Assembly (NCBI GenBank): GCA_964449985.1
Contig: CAYVCG010000001.1
Span: 1 to 59,107, forward strand
DNA length: 59,107 nucleotides
Reading direction: 5' to 3'
Origin: an uncultured Defluviitaleaceae bacterium
GTDB taxonomy: Bacteria > Bacillota > Clostridia > Lachnospirales > WRAX01
The notes below the pieces were generated by a model. The model made no database searches. It was not told the DNA's origin and saw nothing but the letters and a program-made list of their open reading frames with translations. Shown one piece after another: positions 1-8,089 of the stretch; position 1 is the first letter of the stretch; each line of letters opens with the position of its first letter. The position numbers and the translations under genes are program-made.

Positions 1-52
1 TACTTTTGCTGGGCGACATTTCTTTTTTGGGTCATATCATTGACAGATGTAG

Positions 53-235
53 AATCAAGGGTTATTGTTTTCTCGTGATCATCTATTGGATATTGTTTGG
101 GGATATGAATATATCGGTGGTACGAGAACAGTGGACACACATATACAAAAACTAAGGTCAAAGCTTGATTTTGGGGACGTAATAAAAACTGTTTATAAAA
201 TTGGATATAAGTTTGAGGTGAACGAAAATGAGTGA
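53..235 (+). CDS. OmpR/PhoB-family response regulator, C-terminal winged-helix fragment (upstream part not readable in frame; possibly disrupted)
   Basis: Frame 2 from nt 53 reads NQGLLFSRDHLLDIVWGYEYIGGTRTVDTHIQKLRSKLDFGDVIKTVYKIGYKFEVNENE*, the typical OmpR-type DNA-binding end. Stop TGA 233-235 overlaps ATG 228 of the kinase. The same frame has TGA at 41-43 and TAG at 50-52. Confidence 0.7.
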   Translation, partial: NQGLLFSRDHLLDIVWGYEYIGGTRTVDTHIQKLRSKLDFGDVIKTVYKIGYKFEVNENE

Positions 236-1691
236 TAAAGCATTGAACAAACGCTCATTTTCGTTACAATCACGATTGATAGTTGTAGGTTATACATTAG
301 CATTTTTAACAACCTTATTTTGCGTAGCGCAGTCCATTCAAACAGCCCATGTAAAAATAATGGAATATGCTTATGATACTGCAATCAATGAACAATTCAG
401 AATAGGTTATGCGATTAAAAAAATGGCAGAGAGCCGAAATTATTCACAAGAAGACCAAAATCTTTATTTATTAGGAACTGTTCGTAATTCAGCTGATGAC
501 TATTCAAACTATTACACAACAAATGCATCATACAGGATCACAAATGACGAAATGGGTACAATTTACTCAAATATAACTGATGAAGATGTGCTTAGCCTTA
601 AAATTCTTCCGGAAAAGGATGGAACTATCAGCTATTTCACAGCTGTTGCGGATGATAAAACATTGATTGTTGTTACCTCTTATATCAAGATATATCAAAC
701 TCTTTTTAGGTTGGATTATATACAAGATAGTTCAAGAGTTAAAACTGCAATAGATAGTCTATCCGAGCGCAATGCAACGACCATTTTTATAGCTGGGCTG
801 CTATTATTTTTATTATTGAATATTATAATACCAAGAACACTTAAGCCTTTGAATGACTTGAGAAAACAGGCTATTTCCATAGCAAATGGGGACTATCACA
901 AGCGATTGAAAATTATTCATAATGATGAAGTAGGTCAACTTGCAAGTAGTTTTAATAATATGTCCGAATCCATTGAAGAGCATATACGGTCTTTATCTGA
1001 AATGGCACATTTAAAAGAATTATTTGCGTCGAATTTGGCACATGAAATAAAAACTCCTATTACATCAATTGTTGCTTATTCTGATTATGCGGTGCAAAAG
1101 GAGTTAAGTGCTGAAGAACTTCATGATGAATTAAAATATATAAAAAAAGAGGGACAGAGACTCAGTTCGCTTTCAGACAAAATTTTAAAATGGAGCAGCT
1201 TGAACAACGAATCTAAAATTGATATTAAACCTTTAAGACCACAAAGGATTATTGAGCAGGTTCTTTTTAGGTTAGAGATTTTTGCTAAAAAAAGAAATCA
1301 AAATATTATAGTGGAAAACAAATCCGAAATCATTTATGCAGATGAGGCTCTTCTTATATCACTTATTATAAATTTATGCAAGAATGCCTTGAACGCTTCT
1401 GATGATGGCGAATCAATTTATCTTACTTTGAAAAATAGTAACGATAGCTTGATAATTATGATAAAAGATTTTGGGATAGGTATGGAACAAGATGAACTTA
1501 AAAGAATTGTGGAGCCTTTTTATATGGTGGACAAATCAAGAGATCGAGCAAAAGGTGGATCTGGCCTTGGCCTCCCCTTCTGTCTTGCTATAGCTGAGGC
1601 GCACAAAGGCAAAATTGAGATAAATAGTGCCCTTGGGAAAGGGACGTGTGTTACAGTTATTATTCCTCAAATAAGATTTACAACTCCATGA
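228..1691 (+). CDS. Sensor histidine kinase (TM-sensor-TM-HAMP-HisKA-HATPase_c)
   Basis: 487-aa ORF with GAGGTGA RBS. H-box LAHEIKTPITSI, N-box NLCKNALNAS, G-boxes DFGIGM and GGSGLGL. Two hydrophobic segments flank a ~150-aa extracytoplasmic region. Confidence 0.93.
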   Translation: MSDKALNKRSFSLQSRLIVVGYTLAFLTTLFCVAQSIQTAHVKIMEYAYDTAINEQFRIGYAIKKMAESRNYSQEDQNLYLLGTVRNSADDYSNYYTTNASYRITNDEMGTIYSNITDEDVLSLKILPEKDGTISYFTAVADDKTLIVVTSYIKIYQTLFRLDYIQDSSRVKTAIDSLSERNATTIFIAGLLLFLLLNIIIPRTLKPLNDLRKQAISIANGDYHKRLKIIHNDEVGQLASSFNNMSESIEEHIRSLSEMAHLKELFASNLAHEIKTPITSIVAYSDYAVQKELSAEELHDELKYIKKEGQRLSSLSDKILKWSSLNNESKIDIKPLRPQRIIEQVLFRLEIFAKKRNQNIIVENKSEIIYADEALLISLIINLCKNALNASDDGESIYLTLKNSNDSLIIMIKDFGIGMEQDELKRIVEPFYMVDKSRDRAKGGSGLGLPFCLAIAEAHKGKIEINSALGKGTCVTVIIPQIRFTTP

Positions 1692-1780
1692 CATTTTCAG
1701 GACAACACGAACACATGCATTGTTTATGATAAGACTGTAGCAAAAATAACAGTGCAAGGCACTTAAAAGGAGACGTTATT

Positions 1781-2773
1781 ATGAAAAAAAATCTAGTATC
1801 ATTACCAGTTGTAGCTATGTGTTTGGCGTTAAGTTCTTTAGCTTTCGCATTACCAATTTACGCAAATGTTGGTATGAGTTCTGAAACCGGAAAAGTTATG
1901 AAAGTAGAAACACCAAAGGAGTATATGCAAGACTTTACCATTGAAGGAAAACAGCAAAAAGGTCAATTAGTTGATTCAATCTTTTTAAGTGAAGCTCAAA
2001 TAAGTGATTTAAAAACAGCAGCCGCAAAATCCTTTAAAGAAACACTTGGAATTGAAGTCCCAAGTAATTTAAAATTTGAGTATAGAACAATTCCATCTGA
2101 CGGCATACGAATTGGTTTAAGTTGGCTGGATGAAAAAGAGTCTGCTTCAAAAGACGGCGTGATGAATAAAGACGGGGTGCTATATTTTGCCGATTTTCAT
2201 ATGGCGGATACTTCAAAAGCGGCCGTGCTTAATACAATTGGTGTTAAAAACGGATATGATGCAAAGAAGCTAGATGGTTTAAAAAAACAAGCAATAGATG
2301 CCTTAAAAAAGGAAGTCAAGGCTACAGTGCCGGATAATTATTTTGTAAGTACACGAGTAATAGTTAATTTTTTAGGCAAAAACCAAGACATCAATGTACA
2401 GTTTGAATGGTCAAAAAGCAAAAAGATTGATATGTTAAAGGATACATCCGCATGTTCCTATGTCGCAGGCTTTGACAAAGTTGATTTATCAAAAAATCAA
2501 GGAAGATTAAATGCTATTGAGAATACTGAGGCGACATTTATGGCTAATGCAAACGCTGCAAAGTTTACAAGCATTCAAGAAACAAACATGTTAGAGGCAG
2601 CAAAAACATTTCTTAATCAAAAAGAAATAGGTTTCGGAAAACTGATAAGTTCTATGCAAATGGGAAATGTGTTGTGGTTTACATTTGATTCCGTCACCGA
2701 TAATAAATCTGACCGTGCAGTTATAGATGTGTATATAGGATCAGATTTAAACGTAACTGGTTATATATTCTAA
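1781..2773 (+). CDS. Secreted hypothetical protein (Sec signal peptide)
   Basis: 330-aa ORF with AAGGAG RBS. The N-terminus MKKNLVSLPVVAMCLALSSLAFALPIYA looks like a signal peptide. I recognise no family motif. Confidence 0.75.
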   Translation: MKKNLVSLPVVAMCLALSSLAFALPIYANVGMSSETGKVMKVETPKEYMQDFTIEGKQQKGQLVDSIFLSEAQISDLKTAAAKSFKETLGIEVPSNLKFEYRTIPSDGIRIGLSWLDEKESASKDGVMNKDGVLYFADFHMADTSKAAVLNTIGVKNGYDAKKLDGLKKQAIDALKKEVKATVPDNYFVSTRVIVNFLGKNQDINVQFEWSKSKKIDMLKDTSACSYVAGFDKVDLSKNQGRLNAIENTEATFMANANAAKFTSIQETNMLEAAKTFLNQKEIGFGKLISSMQMGNVLWFTFDSVTDNKSDRAVIDVYIGSDLNVTGYIF

Positions 2774-2811
2774 ATTGGAGTTTTTTAGGAAATCAGTGTT
2801 ACAATAAGAAT

Positions 2812-2840
2812 TTGACAAATAGATGACCTCGTGCTATAAT
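2812..2840 (+). promoter_or_regulatory. Sigma-A type promoter of the P-type ATPase leader
   Basis: Perfect TTGACA (2812-2817), 17-nt spacer, perfect TATAAT (2835-2840). Confidence 0.7.
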
Positions 2841-2954
2841 GTGAAAAATAAATGAATGCCCCGTGAGGGAGTAGTTTGCGCATATATGCGTGGCAAGTCA
2901 ACATACTGACCATACTGATTTATATCATTATGGTCTGGCTTGTCTTAAAAAACG

Positions 2955-2997
2955 AGACTCATGTATAGCCTTTGCTGTATATAAGTCTTTATTTGTT
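2955..2997 (+). terminator. Leader terminator T1
   Basis: 14-bp stem AGACUCAUGUAUAG / CUGUAUAUAAGUCU (one mismatch, two G-U pairs), 6-nt loop, followed by UUUAUUUGUU. Confidence 0.6.
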
Positions 2998-3001
2998 AAG
3001 G

Positions 3002-3043
3002 CCCATAAACAGCAAAACTGCTGTATATGGGTCTTTCATTTTG
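3002..3043 (+). terminator. Leader terminator T2
   Basis: 13-bp stem CCCAUAAACAGCA / UGCUGUAUAUGGG (12/13 paired), 4-nt loop, followed by UCUUUCAUUUU. It ends ~25 nt before the RBS. Confidence 0.65.
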
Positions 3044-3068
3044 ACTATTAATTACGGAGGTTGAAAAT

Positions 3069-5708
3069 ATGCAGGACTTTTTAGGAACAAAGGAAGATGT
3101 ATTGAACAGATTGGGTGTAGACAAAGGCGGATTGACCGAATCAGAGGTTGCAGAAAGCAGAAAACAAAATGGTATTAACGCATTTACAAAGGAAAAACCA
3201 CCATCACTTATACATAGGATATGGGAAGCTGCAAGAGAGCCGATGATTATTATGTTGATTATGGCGGGAGTGATTGCGCTTGGAGTAAACATCACCCGTG
3301 GGTTAACTGGCGGTGAAGCGGATTTTTTAGAGTGCTTAGGCATTTTTGCAGCGATATTCTTATCGATTATCATAACGGTAATAATGGAAGGCAGAAGTGC
3401 GAAAGCGTTTGAAGCTTTAAGCAAGTTGAATGAAGATATACAGATAAAGGTTTTGCGCGATGGCGAAATACGTCTTATACCTCAATGTGATGTAGTTGTG
3501 GGGGATATTGTCATTATTGAAACAGGTGACAAGATTCCTGCTGACGGACGGATTTTAGAATGTATTGACCTAAATTCTGACGAAAGCGCACTCACAGGCG
3601 AAAGTGTTCCCGTTGAAAAGGATTCTGAGTTTGTTATACAAAATGAAAAAACACCTGTGGCGGAACGTACTAATATGTTATATTCTGGCTGTTATATAAC
3701 AAGTGGTCACGGTAAAATGTTGGTCACTGCTGTTGGGGATAAAACGGAGTTTGGTAAAATAGCGCGGGAGCTGTCGGGCACGGAAAAATCAAGCACACCA
3801 CTTCAGGAAAAGCTTGGAAAGCTAGGAAAAATCATCACTATTCTTGGGGCTGCCGCAGCCGGTATTGTGTTTGTTATCCAAACAATATTGTTTATTACTA
3901 ACGGCACAGCGTCTCTCGACACCATATCGGAGGCATTTATCACAAGCATTGTGCTGATTGTTGCGGCTGTTCCTGAGGGGTTGCCTACTATCGTTGCTGT
4001 GTCTTTGTCTGTAAATATTATCAAGATGTCCAAGCAAAACGCATTGGTCAAAAAAATGATTGCCTGCGAAACAGTTGGCTGTATAAATGTTATCTGCTCG
4101 GACAAGACAGGTACTTTAACTGAGAATAAAATGACCGTTACTGATATTTATACAGACGGAATGTTATTTAAACCCGCTAAACTTAAAAATAATTTGCTCA
4201 CAGAGAATTTTTGCATAAATAGCACAGCTGATGTTAGCTTTAAGTCGGACAGGCCTTCCTTTATTGGAAATCCTACCGAGTGTGCGCTGCTTGTGGCGGC
4301 GAATAAGGCGGGTCAAGAGTATAAGCAAGTCCGGGATAATGCATCGATTTTGCACAGCTATCCGTTTTCCTCCGAAACAAAGAATATGACAACCATTGTC
4401 AAAAGAGATAACGGCGCTGTTGCTTTCACAAAGGGCAGCCCAGAAAAAATTCTTGCTATGTGCGCTATATCAGAAGAAGCCGCAAAAGCAGCAGACGAGC
4501 AAATTACAGCTTTTCAAAAGAAAGCTGCAAGAGTTATTGCCTTTGCGCATAAGGAAATTGAGCAGGATATTGATTTTATAAATTGCAGAGAGCAAATTGA
4601 AAGCGATATGGTGTTTGATGGATTTGTGGCTATATCTGATCCGTTGCGCTCTGATGTATACGATGCTGTTTTGCACTGCCGAAATGCGGGAATTGACCTT
4701 AAAATGCTTACAGGCGATAACATTATTACAGCCACAGCAATTGCGGACGAGCTTGGCATATTGGATGACGAACATATCGCTGTGGAAGCAAAAGAACTAG
4801 ACGAGCTTTCTGATGAAGAATTTAATAAAATCATTCCTAAAATACGTGTAATTGCTAGAAGCACACCGATAATTAAGATGCGCGTTGTTAAGGCGTTAAA
4901 AGCAATGGGCAATATTGTTGCCGTAACAGGCGATGGTATTAACGATGCTCCTGCTATTAAAAACGCCGATGTTGGAGTAGCAATGGGCATTACGGGCACG
5001 GAGGTTTCTAAGGAGGCAAGCGATATAGTTCTCCTTGATGACAGCTTTTCAACCATCGTTAGAGCGGTGCATTGGGGGCGCGGTATTTATGAGAATTTTC
5101 AGCGGTTTATACAGTTTCAACTAACTGTAAATGTGGCTTCGGTTATTACTGTGTTGTTTTCCGTAATGGCAGGCTTTAAATCACCGTTTACGGCGTTGCA
5201 GCTTTTGTGGATTAATATTGTAATGGATGGTCCTCCTGCGCTAACGCTTGGTCTTGAGCCGATTCGGGGTGATCTGATGAAGCGTAAACCAACAAGCCGT
5301 GATGCAAACATTATTTCTAAGGGTATGTTATCAAGGATTGCTGTAAACGGTATATTTATTTCAGTGATATTTCTCTCTCAACAGGCCTTTAATATCTTGG
5401 GCGCTACGGCGGAACAGATGCCGACCGTTTTGTTCACACTGTTTGTAGTATTTCAGCTGTTTAATGCGTTTAATAGCCGTGAGCTTACTGATACAAGCAT
5501 TTTAAAAAACATAACTACAAATAAGCTTATGCTTTTGGTTTTTGCTATAACGTTCAGCCTGCAAATTGTAATTACACAATTAGGTGGTGAATTTTACGGC
5601 ACAGTGCCGCTTCCACTTTTTATGTGGTTGAAGATTATCATTACGGCTTTGTCGGTGATTGTTTTGTCTGAGCTGATTAAGGCAGTTAAGAGAATGGTTG
5701 TAAAATAA
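3069..5708 (+). CDS. P-type (PII, Ca2+/Mn2+-type) cation-transporting ATPase, YloB/PMCA-like
   Basis: 879 aa with GGAGG RBS. Phosphorylation motif DKTGTLT, hinge TGDGINDAPA, TGES actuator motif, PEGLP in M4, and 10 predicted TM segments. Confidence 0.95.
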   Translation: MQDFLGTKEDVLNRLGVDKGGLTESEVAESRKQNGINAFTKEKPPSLIHRIWEAAREPMIIMLIMAGVIALGVNITRGLTGGEADFLECLGIFAAIFLSIIITVIMEGRSAKAFEALSKLNEDIQIKVLRDGEIRLIPQCDVVVGDIVIIETGDKIPADGRILECIDLNSDESALTGESVPVEKDSEFVIQNEKTPVAERTNMLYSGCYITSGHGKMLVTAVGDKTEFGKIARELSGTEKSSTPLQEKLGKLGKIITILGAAAAGIVFVIQTILFITNGTASLDTISEAFITSIVLIVAAVPEGLPTIVAVSLSVNIIKMSKQNALVKKMIACETVGCINVICSDKTGTLTENKMTVTDIYTDGMLFKPAKLKNNLLTENFCINSTADVSFKSDRPSFIGNPTECALLVAANKAGQEYKQVRDNASILHSYPFSSETKNMTTIVKRDNGAVAFTKGSPEKILAMCAISEEAAKAADEQITAFQKKAARVIAFAHKEIEQDIDFINCREQIESDMVFDGFVAISDPLRSDVYDAVLHCRNAGIDLKMLTGDNIITATAIADELGILDDEHIAVEAKELDELSDEEFNKIIPKIRVIARSTPIIKMRVVKALKAMGNIVAVTGDGINDAPAIKNADVGVAMGITGTEVSKEASDIVLLDDSFSTIVRAVHWGRGIYENFQRFIQFQLTVNVASVITVLFSVMAGFKSPFTALQLLWINIVMDGPPALTLGLEPIRGDLMKRKPTSRDANIISKGMLSRIAVNGIFISVIFLSQQAFNILGATAEQMPTVLFTLFVVFQLFNAFNSRELTDTSILKNITTNKLMLLVFAITFSLQIVITQLGGEFYGTVPLPLFMWLKIIITALSVIVLSELIKAVKRMVVK

Positions 5709-5783
5709 GTAAATGGAGTTGCGTGATACGCAAAAATAGCATGAAACCGTAATAAGTCACGATTTCATGCTAGGCAGAAGAAA

Positions 5784-5857
5784 TCTATAGAATTATACGG
5801 ACGCACAATGCGCGCCCCTACAGAGATTCCGGTTTGTTAGAAATTTTGGTGTTTTTT
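5784..5857 (+). repeat. REP/REPIN-like interspersed element, copy A (internally deleted)
   Basis: It shares ATACGGACGCACAATGCGCGCCCCTACAGAGATTCCGGTTT and GTTAGAAATTTT with the copies at 37423, 45816 and 49496(-). It lacks the 33 nt that carry the second palindrome. Confidence 0.8.
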
Positions 5858-5858
5858 A

Positions 5859-5896
5859 GATAACATGAAGCCCCCTTATCGGGGGCTTTGGTTATC
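5859..5896. terminator. Bidirectional intrinsic terminator between the ATPase and yugP-like genes
   Basis: Hairpin GATAAC..AAGCCCCC-ttatc-GGGGGCTT..GTTATC with T-rich flanks on both strands; lies between convergent genes. Confidence 0.65.
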
Positions 5897-5902
5897 TATA
5901 AT

Positions 5903-6613
5903 CTAATTACTTCTGCGGCTGTTTGAAGCCAATAGGATAAATCTTAATAGCTGGGCTATTGAAACAGCTGCCGCTGCAAGATATGTCATTGCTGCTGCGT
6001 TTAAAACCTTTTTAGCTGGGCTAATCTCATCTTGCGTTAATATATCATAATCTCCCAGCATTTCAATCGCCCTTTTTGAAGCGTTGAATTCTACAGGCAA
6101 AGTAATCGTTTGGAACACAACAACGCCGAAAAATAAGGCAATACCAAGATAAAGTAAATATATCCCGAGGTTTCCTGCTCCTGCGCTTAGGTAGGAAAGA
6201 AAGAAACCAAGAAGTATGAGCGGCATAGCCATCCTTGAGCCAATACTAACTACAGGGAATATAGCATTTCTTATAGCCAAAGCAGAATAACCTTCTGCAT
6301 GTTGAACGGCATGACCGGTTTCATGCGCCGCTACACCTAGCGCTGCAAGAGATTGGCTTCCATAAACGCTGTCAGACAGGCGCAAAACTTTAGCTTTTGG
6401 GTCGTAATGGTCTGTAAGGTTACCGCCAATTCTTTCAACTCTAACATCATTTATTCCCCAACGGGCTAACAGTTGGCTTGCAACCTGGGCACCTGTAAGG
6501 CCTTTTTCATTGCCGTATTTACTATATTTGCTGAATGTGTTATTAACTTTGAACTGAGCCCAAAGCGCAAAAATCATAGCAGGTATTAACAACAGGTATC
6601 CAATATTATACAT
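5903..6613 (-). CDS. YugP-family membrane zinc metallopeptidase (Zn_peptidase_2)
   Basis: HETGHAVQH motif and TM segments at both ends. Start moved to the ATG (M4 of the ORF), 9 nt after AAGGAG. Confidence 0.85.
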   Translation of the reverse strand: MYNIGYLLLIPAMIFALWAQFKVNNTFSKYSKYGNEKGLTGAQVASQLLARWGINDVRVERIGGNLTDHYDPKAKVLRLSDSVYGSQSLAALGVAAHETGHAVQHAEGYSALAIRNAIFPVVSIGSRMAMPLILLGFFLSYLSAGAGNLGIYLLYLGIALFFGVVVFQTITLPVEFNASKRAIEMLGDYDILTQDEISPAKKVLNAAAMTYLAAAAVSIAQLLRFILLASNSRRSN

Positions 6614-6660
6614 ATCAATCATCTCCTTAGCAAAAATATACGAAAACTATGGCATAAAGT

Positions 6661-7590
6661 TTATGATAAAACAACTCCTGTTTCAATCAAACGACCGCGC
6701 AAATAATCCGAGCATGACATTCTTTTGCTTCCTGAACCCTGTATTTGTGTGACCAAAATCGCTCCGTCGCCTGTTTTGACAATAATGCCTTTGTTTTTTA
6801 TTATGTCCATAATTTCTCCAGGTTTACCGCCATAATTATTATTTACTGATTCGGCTTTCCAGATTTTGAGAGTTTCTCCGTTATACAGAGCATATGCTCC
6901 AGGCCATGGATCAAGCCCTCTTATAAGGTTTATTATGCTTTCAGAGGTTTTATGCCATTGGATTTTACCGGTATCTTTGGTAATCATTTTCGCGTAGGTG
7001 GATTGTTTGTCGTCTTGTTTTATTTTTTCGATTTTCCCGGATTGTATAAGTTTAAGCGCTTCAATTAATGTATCTGCGCCTATTTTCGACATTTTGTCGT
7101 GAACAGTTGCATAGGTGTCATCCGGCGTAATCTGAAAAGAGTTTTTTAAAAGCATGTCCCCTGTGTCAAGCCCGGTATCCATTTGCATAATGGTCACGCC
7201 GGTGGTACTCTCGCCATCAATTATTGCCCATTGGATGGGCGCTGCTCCTCTATATTTTGGGAGAAGGGAGCCGTGAACGTTTACTGAACCGAATTTCGGC
7301 ATAAACAGGACTGATTCCGGCAAAATTTGACCATAAGCAGCGACAACAAAAATATCCGCCGGGTAGCTTTTCAATTCTTCAATAAATGCAGGGTCTTTGA
7401 TTTTTATTGGTTGAAGAACAGGAATATCATGCTTTATGGCGCATTCTTTAACCGGAGGGAATACGATTCTGTTTCCACGTCCCTTTGGTTTATCCGGCTG
7501 CGTTATGACTGCGGTAACGTTATAATGCTCAATCAGTTTTTCCAAAATAGGAACGGCGAAATCAGGCGTTCCCATAAACACTATGTCCAT
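6661..7590 (-). CDS. fmt: Methionyl-tRNA formyltransferase
   Basis: MDIVFMGTPDFAVP N-terminus, HGSLLPKYRGAAPIQ motif, C-terminal Fmt domain. I chose the start 9 nt after GAGGAAG, just downstream of the def stop. The longer ORF overlaps def. Confidence 0.93.
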   Translation of the reverse strand: MDIVFMGTPDFAVPILEKLIEHYNVTAVITQPDKPKGRGNRIVFPPVKECAIKHDIPVLQPIKIKDPAFIEELKSYPADIFVVAAYGQILPESVLFMPKFGSVNVHGSLLPKYRGAAPIQWAIIDGESTTGVTIMQMDTGLDTGDMLLKNSFQITPDDTYATVHDKMSKIGADTLIEALKLIQSGKIEKIKQDDKQSTYAKMITKDTGKIQWHKTSESIINLIRGLDPWPGAYALYNGETLKIWKAESVNNNYGGKPGEIMDIIKNKGIIVKTGDGAILVTQIQGSGSKRMSCSDYLRGRLIETGVVLS

Positions 7591-7591
7591 A

Positions 7592-8059
7592 CTATTCATC
7601 TTCCTCATCGGTTTCTTCAGATTCGATAAGCTTATCAACATACAATACACCATCAAGGTGATCCAGCTCGTGGCACAAAGCAACCGCAAGCAATTCTGTA
7701 CCTTCGACGATTTGCTCTTTGCCATTTCTGTCCATATATTTTACCTTAATATATTCTGGGCGCTCGACAAGCCCGGACTCTCCCGGAATGCTTAGGCAGC
7801 CTTCAACCCGGCGCTGCGTGCCTCGGGTTTCTATAATTTCTGGATCAATCATTTCATAAAGCTTATCATCAAGATTTATGATGGCGACGCGTTTTAAGAC
7901 ACCAACCTGTGGAGCTGCCAGTCCAACGCCGTCTGCCTCTTTTAGGGTATCTAGCATATCATCTAAAAGCCCAAGAATCCTGGGAGTTATAACCTTTACG
8001 GGCTTTGATTTTTTCCTTAGTATTTCATCATCTTCGAGACGTATAGTTCTTAAAGCCAT
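7592..8059 (-). CDS. def: Peptide deformylase
   Basis: 155 aa with motifs GVGLAAPQ, EGCLSIPG and HELDHL. GGAGG RBS. Confidence 0.96.
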   Translation of the reverse strand: MALRTIRLEDDEILRKKSKPVKVITPRILGLLDDMLDTLKEADGVGLAAPQVGVLKRVAIINLDDKLYEMIDPEIIETRGTQRRVEGCLSIPGESGLVERPEYIKVKYMDRNGKEQIVEGTELLAVALCHELDHLDGVLYVDKLIESEETDEEDE

Positions 8060-8089
8060 TGTTTACCTCCTTGAGCTAAAGTTTGAATT

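Larger units (their letters stand above)
2847..3045 (+). promoter_or_regulatory. Structured ~200-nt 5' leader; candidate riboswitch/attenuator (possibly yybP-ykoY Mn2+ class)
   Basis: GGGAGUAG at 2867-2874 and CAACAUAC at 2899-2906 resemble conserved yybP-ykoY loop motifs. There is a long hairpin at 2892-2944. A candidate P1 (2848-2857 with 2957-2966) overlaps the 5' arm of terminator T1. Two terminators precede the RBS. Confidence 0.4.

Noticed and set aside
4514-5056. Long antisense or alternate-frame ORFs inside confidently assigned genes. Examples are 2996-3424, 4514-5056, 19817-20251, 25785-26240, 33643-34095, 34540-35031, 44018-44488, 46379-46903 and 47160-47552.
   Set aside because: Each lies entirely within, or largely overlaps, a gene with strong family motifs on the other strand or frame. 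Their translations are low-complexity or hydrophobic nonsense without an RBS.
7591-7725. N-terminal 45-codon extension of the fmt ORF (354 aa in the track).
   Set aside because: It overlaps the def coding region in another frame. The conserved Fmt N-terminus (MDIVFMGTPDF) starts at 7590 with a well-spaced RBS.
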